The position numbers were made by a program, and so were the translations under genes. This document shows, in pieces, positions 49,223 to 59,131 of a stretch of 64,000 bases of DNA. The stretch lies in the IMG/VR virus record IMGVR_UViG_3300045988_023867; one strand, 5' to 3'. This stretch comes from a virus. Below the pieces are notes generated by a model. That model was not told the origin of the DNA. It saw nothing but the letters and a program-made list of their open reading frames with translations, and did not search any database. Within the stretch, counting starts at the first letter, position 1; the number at the start of each line of letters is the position of its first letter.

Positions 49223-49840
49223 TTACTTCCGTTTTTGTCCTCCACACGCCATTCGGCATACTGATTTACGACCACCATAACGTTTAATTGGTTGTAGAGT
49301 TGTAGGAAGATTTAAATCAGAATTAGCATTAATTCCATTAATAGGAATAGGTTTAGTAAGATTATCTTTACGTTGTTCAGCAATACGTTTAGCATTATGT
49401 TTTGCTAATCCTTTTCCTATCGTTTGTCCTATTACATTTCCAGTTTGTGCAATTTCTGGACTTTCAGTTACAGCACTAACTATATTAGCAGCTCCACTAA
49501 TAGCGCTACCGATAATTTCTCCTACTCCACCAATAGCTTTTTTATTTCTATTCTTATATTTTTTATTTTTAGCAATACCGCCATATCTCATATATTGTTC
49601 CATAAAATTATCTTGTATTTCTTCTTGACCTTCAAGTCCAGCATTAAGAGCTTCAATACTCTTATAGGTTTCTTCATTACGCTTAATTGCTTTTTGACGA
49701 GCAGCTTCTCGTCTAGCGGCTCTTTTTCTTTTACGCGCTCCTATAATTCCTCCAGCTATACTAGTAGCCGCTCCAATAATAGCGCCAATAAAAGCTTTTT
49801 TTCTAGGTTTATATTTATTATTTTTCATCATTAATGACAT
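49223..49840 (-). CDS. Hypothetical basic protein with glycine-zipper membrane segments
   Basis: GAIIGAATSIAGGIIGA and GGVGEIIGSAISGAANIV are GxxxG-type zippers flanked by R/K-rich stretches. The antisense ORF 49424-49834 is rejected. Confidence 0.55.
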   Translation of the reverse strand: MSLMMKNNKYKPRKKAFIGAIIGAATSIAGGIIGARKRKRAARREAARQKAIKRNEETYKSIEALNAGLEGQEEIQDNFMEQYMRYGGIAKNKKYKNRNKKAIGGVGEIIGSAISGAANIVSAVTESPEIAQTGNVIGQTIGKGLAKHNAKRIAEQRKDNLTKPIPINGINANSDLNLPTTLQPIKRYGGRKSVCRMACGGQKRK

Positions 49841-52800
49841 TCTATATTGTTTACGCTTATTCTTTTATCATTACTATAAAATATAAATCTTATAACAAAA
49901 TATTTACCAACCACAAGCGCATCATTAAGACTTTTTGTAGTTATAAATTTAGTATCAGGATGTAGTTTACCATTACCTCTAATTATAGGATTTTTGGTAT
50001 CTATGTTAGCAATCTTATTTCTAAACCAATTGAATATCCAACTTCCATATTTATAATAAGGATGTTTATAATCTTTCATTGTCTTCTTTGGAACACTAAT
50101 ATCTATATAATCACTATAACAGCAATTAGTATAAATAAGAAGTCTAAGCCCACTATAATTATCGTCAGTAGCTTTATTAACAGAATATGATATATAATTA
50201 AGTACTTTATCTATATTATCATTGTTAAATACAACATCAACAAAAGAACAAGGTTTTCCTTCAATAGTAAGTTCTGTTTTAAATATATTAATATTGTCAT
50301 CTATAATATTGGTATAATCTCCAAATTTATCTAAATTAAATTTATCAACAGAAGATTCTATAATTTGATTATTAATAAAATAAGAATTATTCTTAGTATT
50401 AAAGCAATCATCATACCAATAACTATGAGTACTTAACCAATATTTACCATTAAAACTATAACTTATAGCAAAATGTTTAGTTTCATTATCAATTTTAGCT
50501 TTACCTAAACATATCATTCTTTCATTACGCTCATCTATAGCAAAATTTATATCAACAATATCATGTTTAAATAAGTTCTTAAATCCAGGAGTAATTTCAT
50601 CAAGATTATTTTCATCAAATCTATAAAGTTTATGAGCGTCACTATCATAAAAAATATAACCATAATTGCTACAAACAAATTGATTAACTTTTTGAATACC
50701 AGCATATCCTCTAGTACTAGTAAACATTTCAACATAATCTATATCAAAAGCATCAGGAATTACTAATTGAACATCTTTATCTTCTGTTCTCATACTCGAA
50801 TCTCTATTGAATACAAACATAGAATGTTCGCAATGAGCAATAAGATAACCGCCAACTCCAATAATATTTATAATAGCTCCTTTATTTTCAGTTATAATTT
50901 TATATTGTTCCGGTCTAAATTTTCTCCATTTATTTTCTACGGACTCATTAGTTATAATATCACTACGACGAATAACTTTATCATAATAATCTATGAAATT
51001 AGCATAATAGTCTTTATCAAAATTAGAAATAAGTTTATCAGCATAATCATAAAAATTAGGTTTAAGTTCATATATATCATTAAGCATAGTATAATACACA
51101 TGAGTAACTAATTCTGTATATATATGAGCAGTATCAGAATCAGTACCTTTAAAACCATAATATTTAGATATAGGTTTAGATTTAATATTCTTAGCAAAAG
51201 TAGGATATAAAGAATAACTATTCATTCTTACTCCAACAGTAGGACAATGTAAAAACTTAGAAGTACTATAATCCTCTTTAGGGAAATCTTCTGTATATAC
51301 TCTTCCATCGTTTGTTTTAGCAGAAGGATGAACTTCATCATAATTAACTCCCCAATAGTTCATATCAAACACTTGATTACTTACCTTATAATAATCATAG
51401 TTATAATTATATCCTTCATAACCATATTCATATTTTTTATTAGGTTCATAATCTACATATTTAATATATCCAAGACTGATAAGTTCTTTATTCTTTCTTA
51501 GGTATATATTATCTACTATATTAAGTAATAATCCGAAAGTTAATTGTTTTTTCCATTGATTTATAGTATTATATAACCTAATAGCGTTAGTAGTATTTAC
51601 AGCTAAAATTCCTTGTCTACCTCTATTATTAGATAAATCATTAGGAGCATATACATTTATAGATTTTATAGAAGATATATAATTAGTTCCTACAGTACGA
51701 CTATTTCCTGTATCAACACTATAATAAGAATCATTAAATATATCGTTCCAATTAGTATTAAAATCTTCTTGTTTTTCTATAAATAATATATTTCCAGATA
51801 CTTTCTTTACTAAATCAAATTCGGGATAATAAAGTCTTACTTCACTAATATCTTGTTCATAACCGCCAGCATTAGCATTAAGTCCTCCTGTTAAAGGAGT
51901 TACTATACATTCGCCTGTAAGTATAGGTTCTGATTTTTCATAACTTATAAAATAACCTACAAACTCTTCGTACATAGGTATATTATCAAACACAAATTTA
52001 AATCCTTTATTATATTGCGTAGTAATATAATTGCCTAAAATGCTACCTCTAAATAGTTTATCTCCGTTAGTATTTTTGTATAAAGCAATACCATTATTGT
52101 TATATTCGGGAAATACATTACAAAATCTAACATCAGCCACATCATCAAATACTCTAACAACAGGATGAGCGTCAGTAGTATCTATTGTAGTATATTTAGT
52201 AAGCAATTCTGTATATCTTTTCTTTACATCAGCGATTTTAGTATCTTCATTAACTTCATAATTAAGTTCTATAGTAGTCTCATTATCATTAGCTGTTCCT
52301 AATTTAATAGTCTTATTATATGTCATATTATTAGATATACGAATACCATCTGTATAAGAACCGTTAGGATAAACATAATGTATAAATAAATTATAAACAG
52401 CATTATTAATAGCTTGTTTAGTAACATCTCCATAAAAATTTAATTCTTCTCCACCACCACTACTATCACTGACTTCATTTATAGGAGCATTATATACGGG
52501 GTATGTAACATCTATAGTAGGTTGTGTAGTATCTTTAGCATTTACTCTAATATTAAATTTTTCATCAGTATAAGGTAATAATATTTCTACACTCATTAAA
52601 TTATCTGCATCTATAACTTTTAATAAATAAGCGGCATAATTATCAGTATTATCAATTCTTATTGTTTTGTCTTTTACAAAACTTATATATAATTGTCCTA
52701 CTTGTCCTTCGTCAAAAACTGGGTCAGACCAACTTCCTGCACTAATTCTATAAGTAGAACCATCGTCTGTTTTTCTATCATAAGTATTATTAAACCAATC

Positions 52801-55185
52801 CTTAAAAGGAATCATTATAGCAAAATCTTTATCTACTTTTATAACATTATCTTCAGTTACTCTATTTCTAAAACCTACTACTTTAGGTTTTACATCAATA
52901 ATGCTAAATTTATCAGAAGAACCATGATGATAAATAGATAAATTATAAGAAAGATTAGGGTCAAAATCATTTTCATTCGGTTCTCTATCTTCCGTCCATT
53001 CATAACTAGTTCCAAAACTCTTATCAAAATCTTCTACTGTTTTATTATAATTAGGTATAGTAACAGGAAGTATACTAATAAGTTCGCCAACATTAAAAGT
53101 AAATTGTTCTCCACTAGTTGGTATAATAGTTACTTCATCGTCTATATAAGCATATTCTGTACCTTGACTATAACTTCCTTGATTAACAGCTGTAGCACAA
53201 AGTTGTAAACGTTTTAAACTACAATTATACATAACTCTTACAGAAGACCTTAAAGATGCGGCATTAGAATAAGAATCTAAATATATAGCGTCTTTATTAG
53301 TTGGTTCAGCAGCTCCATCTTTAAGTGTATATTGGTATTTATATTTTCTAGTAGAACCAGGATATTTAGCTTCTAAATATTTATCTATAAAGAAATTAGT
53401 ATAATAAAGGAACAAATAAGATTTTGATACATAATTATAATCAAGTCTATATCCATTTACAGAACCTGAAATACTAGATTCTACCAATCTAAATATTCCA
53501 TTATATACAGTTTTAATAGTACCTCCATATACATCGTTAAATTCTGTAGTAAGATATATACGTAAATTTTTAGCTACATCCGGATATTTATTAGCTTCAG
53601 TAAATTTAATATTAGGTTCACAAAACCATGATTGAGATACTTCATTGTCTCCTGGTTCAACTTTATAAAGTTCTTCTATAATAAAATCGTTTGAAGTATA
53701 TACTTTTCCGGCAAGTTTAAAATTATCTTTTCCTGAACTTCCATGACTATACGAAAATTTAGATATTATACCATTATCGCTATTTTGTACAATAAGATAA
53801 TAAGCATCACGGTATTCTTCAGTCACATAAGGTATTCCTTTTATTTCTTCATCAATATCATATAAAATAGAATTAAATATTATATTAATATCGAACATTA
53901 ATTGTCCTTTACCAAGAGTTCCTGTGGATACGGTATCATCGCTATAAAACCATTTAGTGACTTCTTTGTAACTTCCGTCACTTAAATATATTTTAGCTCT
54001 TAATTTAATTACATATTTAGAACCAAATAAAACTTCTGTTACTAATTGACTATCGCCTACAGGAGCATAAGTACTAGCTATACTACTTCGTTTATTAATA
54101 TTATTTCTTACTAATAAAGGTGATGGTTCGTTCTTTAAAGGAACTGCTCTTACTATTATATCACTAACATCTATTTTACTTACAACAGTATTAGGATTTT
54201 CTTCTTTATAATTAGCAATATATAATCTATTATTATAGTTACATAGAGTTTTTACATTATAAACATTAAAAAATGTACTAGTTAAATCGTCTAATGTAAA
54301 ATCTCCACTAGTATCAGTATTACTTATAGTAACTCTTTTATTTTTTATACCATAATCATTAGTATTAAATATTTTTATTTCGCTAGAAGTAGTATTAACT
54401 ATATATCCTATTTGATAATGAGTATAAGATAATGTCTTATCATTTATATCAATACCTAATATAATATTTTTACTTATTTTTTCAACATCATTATTAACAT
54501 TGTCCGTAATAGTATAATTACGAGGACTAAATCCTAATCCGTCTCCGTCATTAACATTGTAAACATATCGTTCTACTGTAATATTGTAAGAATCATCAAA
54601 TAATATAATAGGATAACCAATTTTATACCAAGCAGTATACTGTTCTCCTTTTTTAAATCTTATAAAAAAATTATATACTCCACGATACATATTTGCACCA
54701 TTAACAGTACTATAATTTATAAGATTAAATTGAGGAATTTCTGGATTAAGAGTATATTTATTATCTGATTCACCTAGTACATATTCAGGTTTACTAAGAT
54801 TTATAATTTTTAAAGGGACATCATGGTCAGTATTTAACTCTGTAATACTAATAATAAGTTCTTTATTTATATTATAAGTATATGCTCCTATAACATTACC
54901 ACCTTCCCATTTCCAATTAGTATTAACTTCTATATTTTCTTTAGAACTTTCTTTACATCTAAAAATTCTATTAAAACTAGTAAATATTATAAATTCATCA
55001 GAACAAGCTATATATCCTACAACTTTTTCATTAGGATTATCTAGTATAAAATACTTTTCAATAGAATTTTCGTTCAATACTCCATCATTAGTATTGTTGG
55101 CTACTATATTACTAGCGTGAGCTATATCTCCTGTATCTAAAAATTCTATATCAGTATCTATATTAAGTTTTTTGTTTATCTCCAT
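49831..55185 (-). CDS. Very large N/Y/T-rich protein (1784 aa), tail fibre or receptor-binding-like
   Basis: Composition typical of phage tail fibres and spikes. Preceded by the promoter-like motif at 55197-55212. Confidence 0.7.
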   Translation of the reverse strand: MEINKKLNIDTDIEFLDTGDIAHASNIVANNTNDGVLNENSIEKYFILDNPNEKVVGYIACSDEFIIFTSFNRIFRCKESSKENIEVNTNWKWEGGNVIGAYTYNINKELIISITELNTDHDVPLKIINLSKPEYVLGESDNKYTLNPEIPQFNLINYSTVNGANMYRGVYNFFIRFKKGEQYTAWYKIGYPIILFDDSYNITVERYVYNVNDGDGLGFSPRNYTITDNVNNDVEKISKNIILGIDINDKTLSYTHYQIGYIVNTTSSEIKIFNTNDYGIKNKRVTISNTDTSGDFTLDDLTSTFFNVYNVKTLCNYNNRLYIANYKEENPNTVVSKIDVSDIIVRAVPLKNEPSPLLVRNNINKRSSIASTYAPVGDSQLVTEVLFGSKYVIKLRAKIYLSDGSYKEVTKWFYSDDTVSTGTLGKGQLMFDINIIFNSILYDIDEEIKGIPYVTEEYRDAYYLIVQNSDNGIISKFSYSHGSSGKDNFKLAGKVYTSNDFIIEELYKVEPGDNEVSQSWFCEPNIKFTEANKYPDVAKNLRIYLTTEFNDVYGGTIKTVYNGIFRLVESSISGSVNGYRLDYNYVSKSYLFLYYTNFFIDKYLEAKYPGSTRKYKYQYTLKDGAAEPTNKDAIYLDSYSNAASLRSSVRVMYNCSLKRLQLCATAVNQGSYSQGTEYAYIDDEVTIIPTSGEQFTFNVGELISILPVTIPNYNKTVEDFDKSFGTSYEWTEDREPNENDFDPNLSYNLSIYHHGSSDKFSIIDVKPKVVGFRNRVTEDNVIKVDKDFAIMIPFKDWFNNTYDRKTDDGSTYRISAGSWSDPVFDEGQVGQLYISFVKDKTIRIDNTDNYAAYLLKVIDADNLMSVEILLPYTDEKFNIRVNAKDTTQPTIDVTYPVYNAPINEVSDSSGGGEELNFYGDVTKQAINNAVYNLFIHYVYPNGSYTDGIRISNNMTYNKTIKLGTANDNETTIELNYEVNEDTKIADVKKRYTELLTKYTTIDTTDAHPVVRVFDDVADVRFCNVFPEYNNNGIALYKNTNGDKLFRGSILGNYITTQYNKGFKFVFDNIPMYEEFVGYFISYEKSEPILTGECIVTPLTGGLNANAGGYEQDISEVRLYYPEFDLVKKVSGNILFIEKQEDFNTNWNDIFNDSYYSVDTGNSRTVGTNYISSIKSINVYAPNDLSNNRGRQGILAVNTTNAIRLYNTINQWKKQLTFGLLLNIVDNIYLRKNKELISLGYIKYVDYEPNKKYEYGYEGYNYNYDYYKVSNQVFDMNYWGVNYDEVHPSAKTNDGRVYTEDFPKEDYSTSKFLHCPTVGVRMNSYSLYPTFAKNIKSKPISKYYGFKGTDSDTAHIYTELVTHVYYTMLNDIYELKPNFYDYADKLISNFDKDYYANFIDYYDKVIRRSDIITNESVENKWRKFRPEQYKIITENKGAIINIIGVGGYLIAHCEHSMFVFNRDSSMRTEDKDVQLVIPDAFDIDYVEMFTSTRGYAGIQKVNQFVCSNYGYIFYDSDAHKLYRFDENNLDEITPGFKNLFKHDIVDINFAIDERNERMICLGKAKIDNETKHFAISYSFNGKYWLSTHSYWYDDCFNTKNNSYFINNQIIESSVDKFNLDKFGDYTNIIDDNINIFKTELTIEGKPCSFVDVVFNNDNIDKVLNYISYSVNKATDDNYSGLRLLIYTNCCYSDYIDISVPKKTMKDYKHPYYKYGSWIFNWFRNKIANIDTKNPIIRGNGKLHPDTKFITTKSLNDALVVGKYFVIRFIFYSNDKRISVNNIECH

Positions 55186-55196
55186 AACGATTGACT

Positions 55197-55212
55197 TATT
55201 TTAAGCCCTCAC
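55197..55212 (-). promoter_or_regulatory. Conserved motif variant, rc = TGTGAGGGCTTAAAATAAGTC, ending 12 nt before the ATG of ORF 49831-55185
   Basis: Matches the + strand sites, including the flanking TGTGAG and AAGTC. Confidence 0.45.
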
Positions 55213-55400
55213 AGGCGATTATTTTGACTTAATCTGATTAATTATATGATATGAAAATTATCTCTACGCAGAGGTCAGGAAAACCATATCTACGAGCCTC
55301 ATTTTCATCATTTCGGTTACTCGAATCCATTCTTACAGATAAGCCATAAATACCATTAACTGTAACAATATCTATTATATCTTCCATAACAACTTCTCAT

Positions 55401-56261
55401 TTATTTCGGAAAAGTATAATTATAGAAATAACTACGCCAAGCATCACCATCTTTATCCCCTGATTCAGCTTGCCAATCAATAATAACTCCAGCTTTAGCT
55501 TTATTCTTTAATTGTTCCCATTGATAATAAGGATTAGTTCCATATTGACTAGCTCCAAGATTAAACACAGGATGTTTCATACCACGACATAACATCTTAT
55601 ACATACAGTAATATCCAATAGCTTCAATTAATATATAATTGTTAGGAATAACAGGAATATCACATTTATAATATTCACTATATTCAGTTTCAATTTCATT
55701 GGATATAATATCTATATATTTAGCATCAAAGTTAATCTCTATTGTATGGTCATCAATAAGGACATAACCTCTATCTTCACATCCTCTACGGGGGGCGGAA
55801 TAAAGCTCCTCAACAACAGTTGCTTGTTTTGTAACATCAGGAGTATTATTATGTATAGCTAAACTTCCATAAGTTTCTTTACCATTATAACCAGTATCAA
55901 CTATTGACATAGTATTCGACAATTCTAATGACTTGTCGGGCTGTTCCCCCGTAGGAGATGGAGAAGAACAACTACCACATCGAACCGATATAACATCAAC
56001 TTCACATCCATTATCATCATATACTTTAAGTCCTTTTGTACTAAATGGACAAGCAGTTCTAGCAATATTATTAATAACTTCTAATCGACGTTTCTTAGGA
56101 ACTACTCTAAGAACATCTAATTGTCCCATAGCATCTATAGTCCACGATATAACTCTAGGTATCCAATCGCTACCATCTGGATTAAAATCGTTGTCTATTT
56201 TTGCTATTATCTTTTCTACTGAAATAGTATTATTGTTTTGCATAATCAATAGTATTATCAA
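55401..56261 (-). CDS. Hypothetical virion protein
   Basis: 286-aa ORF containing two GC-rich elements in opposite orientations, read as APRRGCEDRG and SPSPTGEQP. Confidence 0.6.
   Translation of the reverse strand: MIILLIMQNNNTISVEKIIAKIDNDFNPDGSDWIPRVISWTIDAMGQLDVLRVVPKKRRLEVINNIARTACPFSTKGLKVYDDNGCEVDVISVRCGSCSSPSPTGEQPDKSLELSNTMSIVDTGYNGKETYGSLAIHNNTPDVTKQATVVEELYSAPRRGCEDRGYVLIDDHTIEINFDAKYIDIISNEIETEYSEYYKCDIPVIPNNYILIEAIGYYCMYKMLCRGMKHPVFNLGASQYGTNPYYQWEQLKNKAKAGVIIDWQAESGDKDGDAWRSYFYNYTFPK
55775..55803 (+). repeat. GC-rich element copy, forward on +
   Basis: CTTCACATCCTCTACGGGGGGCGGAATAA, read in ORF 55401-56261 as YSAPRRGCED. Confidence 0.85.
55938..55969 (-). repeat. GC-rich element copy, reverse on +
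   Basis: GGGCTGTTCCCCCGTAGGAGATGGAGAAGAAC, read in ORF 55401-56261 as SSPSPTGEQP. Confidence 0.85.
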
Positions 56262-56772
56262 GTATTACTTTACTATCAACAGTTAATTCTATATTATCAG
56301 TTTTATGAATGATTGTATAAGCTTTAATAAAATCTTCAATATCTCCTCTAAATATAATATTGTGATTAACTATATAAACATTATTTATTGTACTTCTACG
56401 TATAATATTATATTCTTCTAATTTATCTATTAAATAATTTAACTCTATATCAGAAGTACTAATTTCTTTAATATCATTATTATTAAAATCTAATATAATC
56501 TTGTTACTATTTATTGTAACATTATTTATAATATATAGTAGTAATTTAGATAAACGATTAAATTTATTATCTGATATGATTTTAAATACAATATCGTTTA
56601 TTATAAGTTTTGGTTCATTCTCTTTATATCTATTCACCAAAGACATCTTAATAGATTCTTTTTCAACAACATTATCAATAATTCTTTCAGAATATATATA
56701 AAAAGGAGTAATAAGAATCTTATTACGAAGTTTCTTATCTCTTTCTTCTATTTTAAAATTTATATTTTCCAT
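56230..56772 (-). CDS. Hypothetical protein
   Basis: 180-aa ORF. Confidence 0.5.
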   Translation of the reverse strand: MENINFKIEERDKKLRNKILITPFYIYSERIIDNVVEKESIKMSLVNRYKENEPKLIINDIVFKIISDNKFNRLSKLLLYIINNVTINSNKIILDFNNNDIKEISTSDIELNYLIDKLEEYNIIRRSTINNVYIVNHNIIFRGDIEDFIKAYTIIHKTDNIELTVDSKVILDNTIDYAKQ

Positions 56773-56782
56773 AATATATTAA

Positions 56783-57745
56783 TTAAAATCTCTTTCTATT
56801 CTTACTATTATGTGCTCCACGTTGATATTTCTTTTGGTCAACATTTCTAATATAATTTAAATAAGCACCTTTATCTACTAGAGTATATAATTTAAGTTTT
56901 GTTCTAAGGTCTGCTTTAATACTATATACTTCTTTTTTATCTTTTATTTCAGCAGCATTTTGTTCATGACTCTTACCTCTAAGTTGTAGACTATAATATT
57001 CAGTATGTTCAAAATCAAGATTCTGATGTGCCACATATTGATTATTAACAATATCTATATTATAAAAACTAGTATCTTCTTGATAAACAACATATGGAAC
57101 TCCATCATATTTAAGCCCACGAAGTTTATATATTTCAGCTTCTTCTTTATTATAAGGTTTCTTACCTTCAGCAATAAGTTTTTCTTTAGCAAGAGCTGTT
57201 TTTCTATGGTCTATTCGTTTACGTTTATTATCTTTTGGGTCATGAGTCCAACGATTTATCATTAAGTCTCCTAGACCATTACCATAAGCATAAGCATAAC
57301 CTTCTAAGCAACATTTATGAACTCCATATTGATAGAATTTAGCAACATAATCTCTATATTGTTTGAATGTAAGTTCTGAACGTTTTTTAGCAAGTCTAAT
57401 ATAAGTATTAAGAGCATTAATCTTTCTAAGTATATTACAGTACTTTACTATTTGCATTAGCATTATACGTTCTTCACCAGCTTTATATTCTTCTAGTTTA
57501 TCATAAACTTTATTTATAAGAAGTCTTTTAGGATTATATATACCATCTATCCATTCTTGTCCATACTCTACAAGTTTAATTCCTAAAGAATTAGCAATAT
57601 AAGTTATGTTAGAAAGCAAATACTGTTTTAATGAATCTCTCATTTTAACAGCTACATTATGATTTTCTTTAAATCTTTCTATATCACTATTAGCATCTTC
57701 TATATACTTTTCATAATAGTGATGGATGTCTATATCTGGAACCAT
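56783..57745 (-). CDS. Hypothetical protein
   Basis: 320-aa ORF. Confidence 0.6.
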   Translation of the reverse strand: MVPDIDIHHYYEKYIEDANSDIERFKENHNVAVKMRDSLKQYLLSNITYIANSLGIKLVEYGQEWIDGIYNPKRLLINKVYDKLEEYKAGEERIMLMQIVKYCNILRKINALNTYIRLAKKRSELTFKQYRDYVAKFYQYGVHKCCLEGYAYAYGNGLGDLMINRWTHDPKDNKRKRIDHRKTALAKEKLIAEGKKPYNKEEAEIYKLRGLKYDGVPYVVYQEDTSFYNIDIVNNQYVAHQNLDFEHTEYYSLQLRGKSHEQNAAEIKDKKEVYSIKADLRTKLKLYTLVDKGAYLNYIRNVDQKKYQRGAHNSKNRKRF

Positions 57746-57751
57746 AAGTTA

Positions 57752-58462
57752 TTAACGATTTAATAAATTATCAGTAGGAACTTCATTAGTCTCTCTAGGA
57801 ACTTGAAGAAGATTACGTTTAAAAATAATATCTTTTATAGAACCTATCATATCTTCAGGAAGAAGAAATTCATTATCATCAAAATCATCTTCATTATCAA
57901 CAGTACGTTCTGAATTATCTACTTTACTCTCATTAGTTTCTATTTCAATAATATGAGGTAATTCAAATACAGATTCTACTACAATAGCATTAATAGTTTT
58001 AAACCATTCACAAGCATTTTCTTTAGTAAAGAAATATAGATATTCATTTATATAATCATAGCAAGGAATATTACACATACCAACTAAATGAGTATAGAAT
58101 CTAGCACTAGCTTCTTTAGCAAAAGGAATTTCTATATTATCATAACCGGCAGTACGAATACTTTGAAAAGGTAGATTATTAGTAAGTCTAACAGGACGAG
58201 GAAGTTTTTGTTTACTTCGTTTAATAGGACGAATATTATATTCAACACTATTATGAAAATCTCCATCAGGAACATCAATAATACTTATCTTAACTCGTTG
58301 TTGTAATCCCTTATCAACATAATGATTATTTTCATAACCGTGTCTAATAAGTTCATTACGAGTATGGATAATAGCATATTTAATATTCCGTCTTAATGGA
58401 ATATTGTTAGGTTGCCCAACTGCATGAGCAATTTCAGAAATCAATTGATTAATTGATGCCAT
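57752..58462 (-). CDS. Hypothetical protein
   Basis: 236-aa ORF. Confidence 0.6.
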   Translation of the reverse strand: MASINQLISEIAHAVGQPNNIPLRRNIKYAIIHTRNELIRHGYENNHYVDKGLQQRVKISIIDVPDGDFHNSVEYNIRPIKRSKQKLPRPVRLTNNLPFQSIRTAGYDNIEIPFAKEASARFYTHLVGMCNIPCYDYINEYLYFFTKENACEWFKTINAIVVESVFELPHIIEIETNESKVDNSERTVDNEDDFDDNEFLLPEDMIGSIKDIIFKRNLLQVPRETNEVPTDNLLNR

Positions 58463-58565
58463 AACCAGTAATAACTTTAGTATTAATATCTATATCGACA
58501 AATATACCTTTTTAATTATTATCTCCAACACTTTCACGAAAATTTATAATTGATTAAAATGAAGA

Positions 58566-58612
58566 AAGCGGTAGCCCGTTATCACAACGAACTACCGCTT
58601 CTCCTTTTATAT
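58566..58612 (-). terminator. Terminator hairpin (AAGCGGTAG/CTACCGCTT) after ORF 58624-59130
   Basis: 9-bp stem. The - strand reading is followed by TCTTCATTTT. Confidence 0.55.
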
Positions 58613-58623
58613 GAAAACCTTTG

Positions 58624-59130
58624 TCAAATGTTCTTGAAATAATTCCATACTTTGCCGCTACCAGCGTCTTCATCTTCAAACCAGAAGTTAATCGCAGAAT
58701 GAATTATCTTTTCATCTAATTGTTCTTCTGTTAGATTAGGAAACCATTGTTTGTACATACGAATATAATCATGATATTGAGCGTTAACTGCAACATAAAC
58801 ATCCCAACAAGTTATTTCACGATTAATATTACGAACGTGTTTATCATAAATAGCTTTAGCATCTTCAACAGTAAATATTTGTCCACGACAAACTACTCCG
58901 TTAGCTTTAGTATGATACATATTACTAACTTGATACATAGCATATGTTTCATCAAAATGTTCACCTTTTACACATTCATGAAACTCTTTCATTGCATTCC
59001 AAAATGTATCTTTATCATGAGCTTCTACATGGTCAAATACTTTATGAAAACCTGCAATACCTTTTGCTAGGTCAGCTTGTGGTATAGTATTAATACTATA
59101 TCCGGCAATTATATCTTTAAAATGATACAT
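58624..59130 (-). CDS. Hypothetical protein
   Basis: 168-aa ORF, followed on the - strand by a terminator hairpin at 58566-58600. Confidence 0.55.
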   Translation of the reverse strand: MYHFKDIIAGYSINTIPQADLAKGIAGFHKVFDHVEAHDKDTFWNAMKEFHECVKGEHFDETYAMYQVSNMYHTKANGVVCRGQIFTVEDAKAIYDKHVRNINREITCWDVYVAVNAQYHDYIRMYKQWFPNLTEEQLDEKIIHSAINFWFEDEDAGSGKVWNYFKNI

Positions 59131-59131
59131 A

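Noticed and set aside
49424-49834. + strand ORF (136 aa) opposite the glycine-zipper gene.
   Set aside because: S/F/I-rich low-complexity sequence antisense to a compact, motif-bearing - strand ORF in an all-minus module.
2248-55969. Possibility that the repeated GC-rich motif is a CRISPR array or CRISPR repeats.
   Set aside because: Copies are dispersed over more than 50 kb with irregular spacing of 0.3-5 kb. They occur in both orientations and lie embedded in coding sequence. No array architecture exists.
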